A DNA stretch of 64,000 nt, taken from contig OZ253496.1 in the NCBI GenBank assembly GCA_965262115.1, positions 1,120,001-1,184,000 of the forward strand. The letters run 5' to 3'. This DNA comes from Nitrospinales bacterium. Its GTDB lineage: Bacteria > Nitrospinota > Nitrospinia > Nitrospinales > VA-1. Made by a program: the position numbers and the translations under genes. Under the pieces are notes generated by a model. It had not been told where the DNA came from. It ran no database searches and saw only the letters and a program-made list of their open reading frames with translations. Positions 1-10,841 of the stretch are shown piece by piece (the stretch's first letter is position 1; every line of letters starts with the position of its first letter).

Positions 1-606
1 GAAATCCTACCTAATTTATATAACTGGAGCGAATACTCCGAAGAAAAAAAACTGGACTTTAATGGTTACCTGATAATTGGAAAGGACGAGTCCGTTATTA
101 TAGATCCTCCTGATTTAGGAAAGGATGATAAGGAAGAATTAGACAACCTTATAAATAGTCATTCATCCTGCCCGTTAAGGGGAATATTGTTGACCAATGT
201 TCACCATGAAAGAGCCAGCAGTTTATTAAAAAATCGATTTTCTGTCCCGGTTTGGGTGAATGCGCTGGACAAAGAAGCGTTGGAAGTGCCCACCGATAAA
301 ACCTTTCAGGGAGGAGACAATTTGTTTTGCGGTATCCAGGCGATTCAATTGGGCCATCAAAAGTCACCGGGTGAAACGGCTTTTTATATGACAGACCAAA
401 ATATCATGCTAGTGGGAGATGCTTTGATCGGCAAAGTTCCTGGTCAGGTAAATATGTTACCCTCAGACAAATACCAAGACCCTGTAAAAGCCAAGGCCGG
501 TTTGAATCGACTGATGGATTTTGAATTTGAAACATTATTAGTTGGAGATGGGGTGTCAATATTAAAGGCTGCTAAAGAAGCTGTGAAGACTTTTCTTGCT
601 AACTGA
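1..606 (+). CDS. MBL-fold metallo-hydrolase (5' truncated by window edge)
   Basis: Frame is open from base 1 (EILPNLYNWSEY...SVIIDPP...ILLTNVHHER); later HQKSPG, LVGDALIG and LLVGDG motifs fit the metallo-beta-lactamase fold. Confidence 0.8.
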   Translation, partial: EILPNLYNWSEYSEEKKLDFNGYLIIGKDESVIIDPPDLGKDDKEELDNLINSHSSCPLRGILLTNVHHERASSLLKNRFSVPVWVNALDKEALEVPTDKTFQGGDNLFCGIQAIQLGHQKSPGETAFYMTDQNIMLVGDALIGKVPGQVNMLPSDKYQDPVKAKAGLNRLMDFEFETLLVGDGVSILKAAKEAVKTFLAN

Positions 607-681
607 CTTATAAAGCCAATATCAGTTTAGTTTTTTTGGGCTAACAGGAAATGCGGGTCGTCAGGTTTAGGAAGAAACATT

Positions 682-1452
682 ATGATCTGGGTTTTGTCGC
701 AAAATCATATCTTGAAAAATTGCATGGGCGGGTTAGCCGTTTTATTCTTCCTTGCCGTTTCGCCCCCGGCTCAATCGCAAACCTCAATATTCCCAGACAT
801 GGTACGGATCGAAGCAGACTGTTTCATCATGGGAAGCGAGGAGTTCATCGTCGAGGAACCGGAGCACAAGGTTTGCCTCAATGCCTATTACCTTGAAGTT
901 CACGAAGTCACCCAGAAAAAATTTGAGAGCGTCCTGGGCTACAACCCGTCCCATTTCAAAGGGCCGGACCTGCCGGTGGAAAACATTTCATGGCCTGAAG
1001 CCGACAATTATTGCCGAACCTTCGCGGGTCGGCTCCCGACCGAAGCAGAGTGAGAATATGCTGCGCGGGCAGGCTCTACTGCCGCTTTTTCCTGGGGATG
1101 GGACATGGACGACGCCTCCGCCTGGCATCGGGGCAATTCGCAAAACGGCACACACCCGATAGGACAAAAAAAGGCTAATCCCTTAGGCTTTCACGATATG
1201 AACGGCAATGTCTGGGAATGGGTCGGCGACTGGTACCGCGAAGATTATTATGAGGTGAGCGCCCTGTCGGAACCGGCGGACAATCCACTGGGACCCACCA
1301 CCGGACAGTTTGTCATCCTTCGCGGCGGTTCGTTTGAGGATGAAGCTTATTTTCTAAGATCGGCCTCTCGCTACTGGTATCCACCCACTCTGAAACACCA
1401 CAACCTAGGGTTTAGATGCGCCCTCAATCCGCCACAGGAGAATCCACAATGA
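682..1452 (+). pseudogene. Formylglycine-generating enzyme (FGE-sulfatase/SUMF1) family protein with in-frame TGA
   Basis: ORFs 682-1053 and 1105-1452 share a frame. RLPTEAE*EYAAR has TGA (1051-1053) at the conserved Trp; DMNGNVWEW and GFRC motifs follow; N-terminal signal peptide. Confidence 0.85.
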
Positions 1453-1825
1453 GAAAGATTGTTCCTCACCAGCATTCTTTTATCCCTTCTTCTCAGCCCA
1501 CAGGAAGGCTGGGCGGAAACGGTGGAGGTAGAAATCATCAAATCGGTGTTCATTCCCGCAGTCATTAAAGTCAAGAAAGGCGATACGATTCGGTTGGGTC
1601 AATACGGAAGAGCTTCTGCACACAGTAACGAGCGGAAAGGCACCCCAGTCTGACGGCAAATTCAACGCCGCCTACGTTAAAAAAGATTTTGAGGTCACCC
1701 TCGATAATGCAGGGTTCTTCGATTATTACTGCGAACTGCACCCGGCCATCATGCGTGGGGTGGTTATCGTCGACCAGACATCGCCCGGTGGAAATGAGAA
1801 ACCCACTAGCGGTGGCAGCAGATAA
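1449..1825 (+). pseudogene. Cupredoxin (plastocyanin/azurin family) with frameshift
   Basis: Signal peptide and FIPAVIKVKKGDTIR, then after a shift near 1594 WVNTEELLHTVTSG...YYCELHPAIMRGVVIV, containing the type-1 Cu ligands H/C/H/M. Confidence 0.8.
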
Positions 1826-1838
1826 CACCGTTGCACAT

Positions 1839-3452
1839 TCAGGTATTGCTCACACCTCCATAAGAAATTCCCGACAGGTTCGCCATATTCTGGTCCCAAG
1901 TTGTCAAGTCATTGAGTTGGAATTCATTGACATGTCTGTGACCACAAGCTCTTGCCATTACGTTTATCAACTCAACGGATGCCTAAAAAAAGTTTTTGAG
2001 ACGGTTGGCAGATTCTTCAACGATCAACCTTTGCCTCAGGTGATCTTTCTGAGTAGCAATGCCAACGGGACAATTGTTGGTGTGGCAGGCCCGCATTCCT
2101 ATACAACCGATGGCCTGTATGGCCGAGTTGGAAAGGGCAATCGCATCCGCCCCTAAAGCAAGAGCCTTGGCAAAGTCGGCGGGGATTCTTAATCTGCCCG
2201 TGATGATTAACGTCACATCTTTTTCCCACAGGCTGTCTAGGTGGCACCTTGCTCTGGCTAGAGCCGGAATGGTGGGAACAGAAATGTTGTCGCGAAAAAG
2301 AAGCGGTGCCGCTCCCGTTCCACCACCACGTCCATCAAGGATAATGTAATCGACGCCAACTTCTATAGCAGCATCAATATCCTTTTCAATATGCTGTGCC
2401 GAGAGCTTATATCCAATAGGAATACCTCCGGTTGCCTCTCGAACTTGGGCCGCAAACTCCTTGATCGGTTTGATATCTGTCCAATCAGGAAAACGCGGTG
2501 GAGAAATTGCGGCCTCCCCTTCTTTTAATCCTCGCACCTCAGCGATTTTCCCCGTAACTTTATGTCCAGGCAAGTGACCACCAGTGCCGGTCTTAGCGCC
2601 CTGCCCCCCTTTAAAATGAAACGCCTGACATTGTTTAACTTTATCCATCGAATACCCGAATCGGCCGGAGGCAAGTTCGTAGAAATATCTGCTGTTGGCA
2701 CCCTGCTCTTCAGGAAGCATTCCGCCCTCCCCGCTACAGATACCGGTACCTGCCATTTCCGCACCCATCGCCAATGCGATTTTGGCTTCTTCAGAGAGCG
2801 CTCCGAAACTCATATCAGAAACAAATAAAGGAATGTCCAACTTAAGGGGTTTACATGCTCTGGGACCTATAACAACTTCTGTGCCGACCGGCTCATCATC
2901 CAACAAAGGCATGGTCGCTAATTGCGCCGTGACAAATTGGATATCTTCCCATTTTGGAAGCTCCTGCCGAGGCACACCCATCGCCGCAACGCGACCATGG
3001 TGCCCCAGTTTGGATAAACCATCTTTGGCCAGTTTCTGAATAAAACCCGTATGCGGTTCTGCATCTGTCCCGTGAATGTCCACATAGAGCCCCAAGTATT
3101 CGTCTCGATTGTAAGGCTGTGGATTTTCTTTCTCCCATTCTAATATTTCTGTTTCATCCACCAGAACATGGCCATCCTCGACCCAGGCAGAGAATTTTTG
3201 CAATCTTTCGTCATTGTCATATTCGCTGATGCCGGTTTCATATTTAAAATCCCATTGATGAACGCCGCAAATGAGATTTTGGCCTTGGATATGTCCATCC
3301 GCCAGTAGCGCACCGCGGTGAAGACATCGTCCGTATAAAACAGAAACCTCGTTATCATAACGAACAGCGACCAAGTCCACGTTCGCCACCAAAGCATAGG
3401 AAGGTTCACGAACTTTCAAGCCACTCCAGTCAGCAATCACTACCTTTTTCAT
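1839..3452 (-). pseudogene. Rieske [2Fe-2S] + FMN-binding glutamate synthase-like protein with premature TAG
   Basis: Rieske CLHRG...CGVHQW; MSFGALS, GQGAK.G.GG, DGRGGGTG and CIGMRACHTNNCPVG motifs. After TAG 1983-1985 the same frame continues ASVELINVMARACGH...GISYGGVSNT* to 1839. Confidence 0.85.
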
Positions 3453-3651
3453 TTAGTTTTCCTCATATTTGAGTTACTCCGGAAAGTAAACTATCATCAT
3501 TTCTGTCTATATTCCAAATTAGGTAAGTTTTGAACATATCAATTCTCAAAGTTTGTCGAAAAAGCGAAAAGATTCTTACATTGATTTCATCAATAAAAAT
3601 TGCGATTATTGGCCTAATTTAAATCATCCGCGCTAAAACTGAGGAACGATT

Positions 3652-4215
3652 ATGAGTGAGGAACTGATAGCAAACCTTGGGCCCTTGGCCCCACTGGCAG
3701 GCACCTGGGAAGGCAATAAGGGAGACGATATTGCCCCCGACGAAAACCCCAGGGAAATAGAGAACAATAAATATCGCAAGCGATTAGTGCTGGAGCCTTT
3801 CGATCCGGTCGATAACCACGCGCAGACTCTTTACGGATTGAGGTATTCGACCACAGCATGGCGGTTGGACAAAGACAAACCCTTTCATGAAGAATTGGGG
3901 TACTGGCTTTGGGATCCTGCAGAAAAACAGGTGCTTCGATGTTTCATCGTACCCCGTGGCGTGACGGTGATCGCAGGCGGCACGGTGGAACCGGATGCAC
4001 GAGAATTCAAATTAGCCGCCGATGCGGGATCGGAAACTTACGGCATCTGCTCCAACCAGTTCCTTGATCGGGAATTCAAAACAATTCGCTATGATCTGAA
4101 GGTTACCATCCACGATGAAAACAGCTTCAGTTATGAAGAAGACACTCAACTCCAGATCAAAGGCCAGAGCGAACCGTTTCACCACACCGACAAAAACACC
4201 CTGAAACGGGTCTGA
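3652..4215 (+). CDS. Nitrobindin/THAP4-like heme-binding beta-barrel (DUF1794/FABP family)
   Basis: LGPLAPLAGTWEG, FHEELGYWLW and C-terminal FHHTDKNTL motifs. Confidence 0.85.
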   Translation: MSEELIANLGPLAPLAGTWEGNKGDDIAPDENPREIENNKYRKRLVLEPFDPVDNHAQTLYGLRYSTTAWRLDKDKPFHEELGYWLWDPAEKQVLRCFIVPRGVTVIAGGTVEPDAREFKLAADAGSETYGICSNQFLDREFKTIRYDLKVTIHDENSFSYEEDTQLQIKGQSEPFHHTDKNTLKRV

Positions 4216-4339
4216 ATATCAACAGATATGGCCTTAGTTTATTGGAATATATCGGCAGAAGGGAATATATTAATTATAGAAATTGTTTCCTTAATATAGA
4301 GGAGCCTATTTCTTCTAAAACCCGATACCAAAAAGAGCC

Positions 4340-4819
4340 ATGCTGATTTCGCCAATAGACCGTAATAAAGAACCGGATCCGGAGAAACATATAGGCCGGA
4401 TCAATTCTCCTTACTGGACCCTGCCCAGCTATGGCAGATTGGGTGCTCCTCAAAACTTCAATCCATCCCATTCCGGTGAAGGCATCATATTAAGGGTGAG
4501 GGATGCCCGCCTGAATGAGCGGCGCAAACATCTTTCCCCACATGAATCACCGGCACAGGAACGGCGCCAAAGAAATAACCGTACGCACAATGCCCACCCT
4601 TCCAACCATCACGTTCTGGTTATCGCTCTCGAACGCAAAGCCGGAGAGCCCGACCCTTGGAAAGCCGGAGACCGCGTGTCCGTCGTTTCCAAATCCCAAA
4701 CCACGGCTCCGAATCCTCAAAGTAATGCACAACCCGACACCCCAAAACCTCCTTTACTGACCAAAGATGAGGGAGACTATGTTTTACACCTCAGCAAAGA
4801 TCATCCCCCTGAAGTTTAG
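4340..4819 (+). CDS. Hypothetical protein (doubtful)
   Basis: 159-aa ORF filling an intergenic gap; no recognised motif. Confidence 0.3.
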   Translation: MLISPIDRNKEPDPEKHIGRINSPYWTLPSYGRLGAPQNFNPSHSGEGIILRVRDARLNERRKHLSPHESPAQERRQRNNRTHNAHPSNHHVLVIALERKAGEPDPWKAGDRVSVVSKSQTTAPNPQSNAQPDTPKPPLLTKDEGDYVLHLSKDHPPEV

Positions 4820-5084
4820 CGTTTCTGTTTTATTGAAAACCAAGAACAGCAGCCATTCCCCTCCTCTGCATCCTGCGCACAAGGCATGTTCCATAAAAAA
4901 TTGAAATTTCCCTGGCCATGATTCGCGCCTGAAAAACAATTGGCTCGGTCAAAAATTTCCTTGATCCTTCACTTATTTGTAATGTTTTGGTACCTTCATA
5001 CGACTGTATGTGAACTGATATTCATCAAGTGGCTTTGTCTAACCATTAGCTGGCTTCAGAAAAAAATTAGCCGAGGAAAAGGAT

Positions 5085-7220
5085 ATGAAAAAAATAATTA
5101 TACTAGGGCTCATTGGCGGTTTATTTTGGGCTTTTTCCTACTTTGATCTCGGTCATTACTTAACCCTTGAATATATAAAAGAGCAGCAAACCAATTTCTC
5201 AGCTTTTTATAAGGAAAACACTTTATTAGCGATTAGTGCCTATTGCGCAGTTTATATTGTGACGACGGCTCTTTCCCTTCCAGGAGCCGCCCTCATGACA
5301 TTGCTTGGCGGCGCTTTGTTCGGGTTGGTGACCGGAACGATTCTGGTTTCATTTTCCAGCACCATCGGCGCGACTCTCGCTTTTCTGGTCTCACGTTTAC
5401 TACTCCGAGACTGGGTTCAAGGTAAGTTTGGCAGTCACCTGAAATCATTCAATGACGGTATCCAAAAGGACGGAGCTTTTTATCTGTTCACACTCCGATT
5501 GATTCCTGCCGTTCCCTTCTTCATCATTAATCTGGTCATGGGTCTGACCCCCATGAAGACGTTATCATTTTTTCTGGTGAGCCAGGTCGGAATGCTGGCA
5601 GGCACCCTTGTTTTTGTAAATGCTGGGACACAACTCGCTCAAATCGAATCTATCGGGGGCATTCTTTCCGCAGAAATTATCTTTTCATTTGTCTTGTTAG
5701 GGATTTTCCCGTTGCTGGCCAAAAAACTTATAAGTTTCTATAAAGGAAGAAAAGTTATGAGTAAGTTTAAAAAACCAACATCCTTCGATTACAATATGGT
5801 GGTGATCGGGGCTGGGGCCGCTGGCTTGGTCACCAGCTATATCGGGGCAGCAACCAAGGGAAAAGTTGCATTAATAGAAAAACACAAAATGGGTGGGGAC
5901 TGCCTGAATACGGGGTGCGTCCCCAGTAAAGCGCTCATCCGGTCAGCCAAATTCATGGCCGATGCCAGGAAATGCCAAAAACTCGGATTCAAAAGCGCCC
6001 AGATTGAATTTGATTTTGCCGATGTGATGGAGCGGGTCCAACGGGTCATCAGAACCATTGAGCCGCATGACTCCATCGAGCGATACACCTCTTTGGGAGT
6101 CGAATGCCACACCGGCGAAGCCAAAATTTTGTCTCCTTACGAAGTGTCGGTGAATGGGAAAACTCTCACCACAAGGAATATTGTCGTTGGAACCGGAGCT
6201 CGCCCTGCCATTCCCGCGATTGAGGGCATTGAAGATGTCGCCTACCTGACCTCAGATACCGTTTGGGATATTCGCGAAAAACCGGAAAAGCTGCTGGTGC
6301 TGGGTGGTGGACCTATTGGTTCTGAACTGACCCAGGCGTTTGCCCGGCTGGGATGTTCCGTGACCCAGGTTCAGCGTAACAAGCAGCTGATTCCAAAAGA
6401 AGACCCTGAAATATCACAAATGGTTTTAGAAAGTTTCCAAAGCGAAGGAATCAATGTATTGACAGCACACACTCCCAAAAAATTCTTCAAATGCGATGGA
6501 AAAGATTTTCTGCAATGTGAGAATAATGGCAACTCTGTGGAAGTCGAGTTTGACACCCTCCTGATCGCACTGGGAAGAAAAGCCAACACAGCAGGATTTG
6601 GGTTGGAAGAACTAGGCATTGAGTTGACCCCCCAGAAAACAATAAAAGTTGATGCATACATGAAAACCAACATCCCAAATATTTATGCCTGTGGGGATGT
6701 TGCCGGACCCTACCAGTTCACCCATATAGCAGCCCACCAGGCATGGTATTGCGCGGTCAATTCGATGATAAGCCCCTTCTATAGTTTTAAAGTCGACTAC
6801 AGCACCGTTCCATGGTCAACTTTTACCGACCCGGAGGTGGCTCGGTCCGGACTGAATGAACTGGAAGCCAAGGAACAGGGAATCCCCTATGAGGTCACCA
6901 CTTATGGGATTGATGATCTGGACCGTGCTATTGCAGATGAAGCGGCGCATGGAATTGTTAAAGTGTTGACGGTCCCAGGAAAAGACAAAATCATCGGTGT
7001 CACCATTGCGGGACTACATGCCGGCGATATCATTTCAGAGTATGTCGCCGCGATGAAAAATGGATTTGGCATGAACAAAATCCTCGGTACGATTCACATC
7101 TACCCCACCCTGGCAGAAGCGAATAAATTCGCCGCCGGTAACTGGAAAAAGAATCAGGTTTCAGAAAGCACTTTGGCCTGGGGGGAGAGAATCAACCGCT
7201 GGCGGAGAGATTATTTTTAG
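5085..7220 (+). CDS. TVP38/DedA (SNARE-associated) domain fused to a class I pyridine nucleotide-disulfide oxidoreductase
   Basis: N-terminal TM region with LSLPGA and LRLIPAVPFF; GAGAAG, GGDCLNTGCVPSK, GGGPIG and C-terminal HIYPTLAE. Confidence 0.92.
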   Translation: MKKIIILGLIGGLFWAFSYFDLGHYLTLEYIKEQQTNFSAFYKENTLLAISAYCAVYIVTTALSLPGAALMTLLGGALFGLVTGTILVSFSSTIGATLAFLVSRLLLRDWVQGKFGSHLKSFNDGIQKDGAFYLFTLRLIPAVPFFIINLVMGLTPMKTLSFFLVSQVGMLAGTLVFVNAGTQLAQIESIGGILSAEIIFSFVLLGIFPLLAKKLISFYKGRKVMSKFKKPTSFDYNMVVIGAGAAGLVTSYIGAATKGKVALIEKHKMGGDCLNTGCVPSKALIRSAKFMADARKCQKLGFKSAQIEFDFADVMERVQRVIRTIEPHDSIERYTSLGVECHTGEAKILSPYEVSVNGKTLTTRNIVVGTGARPAIPAIEGIEDVAYLTSDTVWDIREKPEKLLVLGGGPIGSELTQAFARLGCSVTQVQRNKQLIPKEDPEISQMVLESFQSEGINVLTAHTPKKFFKCDGKDFLQCENNGNSVEVEFDTLLIALGRKANTAGFGLEELGIELTPQKTIKVDAYMKTNIPNIYACGDVAGPYQFTHIAAHQAWYCAVNSMISPFYSFKVDYSTVPWSTFTDPEVARSGLNELEAKEQGIPYEVTTYGIDDLDRAIADEAAHGIVKVLTVPGKDKIIGVTIAGLHAGDIISEYVAAMKNGFGMNKILGTIHIYPTLAEANKFAAGNWKKNQVSESTLAWGERINRWRRDYF

Positions 7221-7238
7221 GTGGGTGAAAGCCAAACT

Positions 7239-7961
7239 CTAAACGAAAAGGCCATGGGTAATACTGGTCTCGAATATAATGCCCGCCCCAAGAAACAGCG
7301 TTGCCAATCCGATGAAAACCTGTAATCCCTGGTAAGTGCGGTTTGCGGCAAATTCAGAATACCGCAGAGGGATAACCATCATGATGGAAAGCAGGGCCAT
7401 ACCAACGATTGACCCGACTCCAAACAAAAATATGTAAACAAGCCCTGTTCCAATGGATGAAACGGAATTGAGGCTTAATAATATCAAGGCGGCGGAGCCT
7501 GCCATTCCATGCATCATCCCTACCATTAAAGCTCGCCCGGAGAACTGTTGTGAGTGGGTGTGCTGATGAGGGTTGCCTTGATGATCGACTTTATCCTGCG
7601 CATGGGAGTGAAAATGCAGATGAATGATTCCATCTGCATGGCGATGCGCATGAAGATGGATTCGCTTCTTGATGATTTCCTTTATGACTGCTCCGCCCAT
7701 GAACACCAGCATGCACCCAACAAAAAACTCCAAGGTAAGGGCCAACTGCTCGGGAATCATCGTGTCAACCATCAAGACGACCGAACCGAAAACAAATAAT
7801 GTGATCGTGTGCCCCAGGCCCCATGTCGCTCCCAGCGCAAGGCCCTCCCTGAGGGATGTCGCCTTCGAAGCCAAAGAAGCAACAGCAACAACATGATCGG
7901 CTTCCAAAGCATGCTTCAGACCCATCAGGAATCCAAGCAATAATATATTTATAAGTGTCAT
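7239..7961 (-). CDS. Ni/Co transporter (UreH/NiCoT-like)
   Basis: KHALEADH signature, WGLGH, His-rich cytoplasmic loop, GMMHGMAGS. Confidence 0.85.
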   Translation of the reverse strand: MTLINILLLGFLMGLKHALEADHVVAVASLASKATSLREGLALGATWGLGHTITLFVFGSVVLMVDTMIPEQLALTLEFFVGCMLVFMGGAVIKEIIKKRIHLHAHRHADGIIHLHFHSHAQDKVDHQGNPHQHTHSQQFSGRALMVGMMHGMAGSAALILLSLNSVSSIGTGLVYIFLFGVGSIVGMALLSIMMVIPLRYSEFAANRTYQGLQVFIGLATLFLGAGIIFETSITHGLFV

Positions 7962-8130
7962 TAACTATTCTGTTTCAGGGGCAAGCTTTTCAGGTTTAAT
8001 TCCTGACTTTATCTGGTTATGGCAGGTATTACAAGCAGAGCAATAGGGGATGTTCCTTAAATATAAATGCCTCGGTGGATTGAACCTATCAACTTAGAAA
8101 AGTAGTCTTCGTTGCCCCTCTGGCAAGAAG

Positions 8131-8176
8131 TGGTGAGCCGTCTCGGGATCGAACCGAGGACCTACTGATTAAGAGT
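8131..8176 (-). repeat. 46-bp duplicate of the tRNA-Lys 3' end (att site)
   Basis: Identical to 16616-16661; diverges just past the anticodon. Confidence 0.92.
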
Positions 8177-8806
8177 TAAAAACAGCCACTTTTTATAACC
8201 GCTTGGCTTAGAGGCGGTTTCCCTCATTTGTTAATTTTTTAACCATTTAGAAACTGTCACTTAATTCTATTGAGTCCATTAATTCTGCCTGGAGAGCAAA
8301 TTTCTATCAAGGTTTTATCAAGGTCGTTTTTCTCCCATACCATTTCTCCCATACCAACTGAATAGCTATCAATTGGCCCAAACTTTTTACCCTCCGACTC
8401 CCTGCTCCCAAATCTGATGTAGGGTATTTTTTTATACTTTGATTCCAGGCTGGTTTTCCGTATCCCCCTTATTTTAAAGTCTTGCCAGTTCTTCCATTAG
8501 TTCTAGTAAGCCCAAGGCTTCCGCCTTAGTAGTCAATTTCTATCATAATTTTATCGTACATAACTGGCTCAGGTTTCTGGGGCAGGTCAGAATTATAATG
8601 AGGTTGGAAATGTTATAAAAAGGTGGTTTCCTATATTTTATTTGTAAAAATTGACTACATGCCGAATTCAGGTCGCACAGGATAACGATTTGTGGGATAC
8701 ACCTGCAAATTATTCATCTTTTTTACTTTTTCGACTTGTTTATGAGTACGACCGTAGTAAATAAATTTGATGCTGGTGTACTCAAAAACTCTAATTTAAC
8801 AGCCTA

Positions 8807-9922
8807 TCAAGGCATCTTGGTGATTTGTTGCATAATTGGACTGCTGTTTTTCAACCAGTCGAAACGTTTTCTGGACATATAAACGATATGGTCGGTGGCA
8901 GTTAGCATCAGGTCATTTTCCGGATTGAGGCTCAGCTTTTCTCCGTCTTTACTTTTGAGCCCTAAAATCTCAACCGGAAGTTTTAGCTGAATGGCCGCGA
9001 TCTTTAAACTTCCAATGCTAAACTCCCGATCATTCCCCTCCCAGGATTCCACTGGCGAATGGCTGATATAAATCTGATTGCCCTCGGCATTGGAGGACAG
9101 TTCCCGGTAAATTTGATACAAGCCGGGGTCTTCCAATTCCTGCACCAAAAGTCCCATTTGCAAGTCGGTGGTGCTGATGCCGCCATCGATGCCGAAGGTG
9201 CTGAGGTTGTTCAGGGTTTCGGCACGGCTACAGGTCATGACCGTGACGACTTGCGGCCAGTTTTTTTCGATGAGACCGGCTGTCAGGGTATTGGTGTCGT
9301 CCATCGCCGGGTCAGAGGCGGAAGAGGTGAGGACGCAAGCTTTGGACTGGGCCGCGTTGGCCCGTTGCAAAGTTTCCAAAGCCGATGGCAGGCCCATGAT
9401 AAATGCATCTATTTTACGAACCAAAAAATCAGGTATTTCTTTATCCCGGTTGGGTAAATTTGCCGTCACGATCACGCGGGGAATATCCTTGAAATCGGGA
9501 CTGTGGTCCAGCTCTTTCAATAATTCCGTTGTCTCCGCATAGGAAGGAACGTTCACAATGATCAAATGTCCTTTGCCTGTGTAATTGCCCTCGCCTTTCA
9601 TTTTTTTCATCCTCCTTTGCATGGCCCGTTCCAGAATGATCCCGGTCAAAACCCCAAAACAACCGATTCCTAGCATCGAGGTCACAACCGTGGTCCATCG
9701 TCCTTCAGGGGTCGCCGCTGAAATATCCCCATATCCGATCGTTGTTAAAGTGATGTATGCCGTCCACAGGCCGTCTGAAAAGGTCATATCCTTTTCGTAG
9801 GTCGACAGCACGAACGCAAAAATCAGAATCATTGAAAAAAAGATCAAGCCTAGGACGGAAAGCAACCGGATTTCCGGTTGCCTGAATTTTCTCAGGATGC
9901 GTTTAAATGGATAAAAAAACAT
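8807..9922 (-). CDS. Potassium channel (2-TM pore + RCK domain)
   Basis: TTIGYGD selectivity filter, followed by a GHLIIV...LQRANA RCK-type domain. Confidence 0.9.
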   Translation of the reverse strand: MFFYPFKRILRKFRQPEIRLLSVLGLIFFSMILIFAFVLSTYEKDMTFSDGLWTAYITLTTIGYGDISAATPEGRWTTVVTSMLGIGCFGVLTGIILERAMQRRMKKMKGEGNYTGKGHLIIVNVPSYAETTELLKELDHSPDFKDIPRVIVTANLPNRDKEIPDFLVRKIDAFIMGLPSALETLQRANAAQSKACVLTSSASDPAMDDTNTLTAGLIEKNWPQVVTVMTCSRAETLNNLSTFGIDGGISTTDLQMGLLVQELEDPGLYQIYRELSSNAEGNQIYISHSPVESWEGNDREFSIGSLKIAAIQLKLPVEILGLKSKDGEKLSLNPENDLMLTATDHIVYMSRKRFDWLKNSSPIMQQITKMP

Positions 9923-10030
9923 GTTATCGATTTCCGTCCAAAAAGGCTCATTAAAGAACTTATTATAGCGGTTTACTCTAGAGAAGAAAAACTCTCATAT
10001 AAAACAAACGTATGTTTTATCCTTACGGTG

Positions 10031-10059
10031 TTGACACGGCGGGTTATATTTTATAGGGT
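10031..10059 (+). promoter_or_regulatory. Candidate sigma70 promoter
   Basis: TTGACA-N17-TAGGGT upstream of 10104. Confidence 0.35.
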
Positions 10060-10103
10060 GATCAGCGGAAGGATATGTACCTTAATAGTTTGATTTTCTA
10101 AAA

Positions 10104-10841
10104 ATGCATCGAGGCAACCTTTTGACCGAGTTCAAACCATTGTTCAGGGAGACAGGGAGGTTTTCTCTTCTGCCTTTCTTACTTACCGCTCTTCTTTTCC
10201 AGGGTTGCGTGGTCGCACAGAATCCGGTAAAGAAAATTCAGAGTGAACTGAAAGGCGAGAAGGAATACGCCATTATTCTGAATGACATGCGCGAGGAGGG
10301 CAACTTCTTTCCATCCTACTACCACCAATACCGTGTTGATGTGGGAGAACGAAAATCCGTGCGTTCCTTCGTGGAAGTGGACAAATCGTATTATCAAAAA
10401 AATCAACCGTATCTCGGCATGGTCTTGGCCTCCAAAACCGTCGATGGCGCTGTCTCCACCACGCCCTTTCCAAACGGTTACCAATACGTTGGCAATTCCC
10501 AGTATGGCCGCTGGCGGGACAACAGCAGCGGTGGAAGTATGTGGGAGTTTTACGGAAAATACATGTTGATGTCCCAGATGATGAACTGGGCCGGGTTCGG
10601 GCTCAGCCGAAACCACTATAGCAATTATTCCTCTTTTCACAACGCAGGTAGGCCCTATTATGGGCCGAGGCAGGAATATGGGACCGCCGGGACGGTGACG
10701 AAAAAGCAAAAACCTAATTTTTTCAAAAGAAAAATGGCCAAAAAAGCCAGGTCACAATCCCGCTTCCAGAATAAAGTTAATCAACGCATGGGGCGGAGCA
10801 AAAACACCTTTAGAAGTCGCGGGTTCAGTTTCGGTAAATGA
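10104..10841 (+). CDS. Putative lipoprotein of DUF350 operons, with basic Gly/Ser/Arg-rich tail
   Basis: Hydrophobic stretch ending FQGC; GYQYVGNSQYGRW...WEFYGKY core; RSRGFSFGK tail; overlaps the DUF350 start. Confidence 0.7.
   Translation: MHRGNLLTEFKPLFRETGRFSLLPFLLTALLFQGCVVAQNPVKKIQSELKGEKEYAIILNDMREEGNFFPSYYHQYRVDVGERKSVRSFVEVDKSYYQKNQPYLGMVLASKTVDGAVSTTPFPNGYQYVGNSQYGRWRDNSSGGSMWEFYGKYMLMSQMMNWAGFGLSRNHYSNYSSFHNAGRPYYGPRQEYGTAGTVTKKQKPNFFKRKMAKKARSQSRFQNKVNQRMGRSKNTFRSRGFSFGK

Noticed and set aside
1051..1053. Selenocysteine or UGA=Trp recoding suggested by the in-frame TGA
   Set aside because: The position is a conserved Trp, not Cys; TGA terminates many intact genes here; and other genes are broken by TAG and TAA, so these are lesions rather than a code change.
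3580..3594. FNR/CRP-family box ATTGATTTCATCAAT between divergent genes
   Set aside because: The spacer is 3 nt rather than the 4 nt of FNR sites; the palindrome is real but cannot be assigned.
5085..7220. Mercuric reductase MerA
   Set aside because: Lacks the C-terminal Cys-Cys pair and mer operon context; this is the common DedA-fused oxidoreductase.
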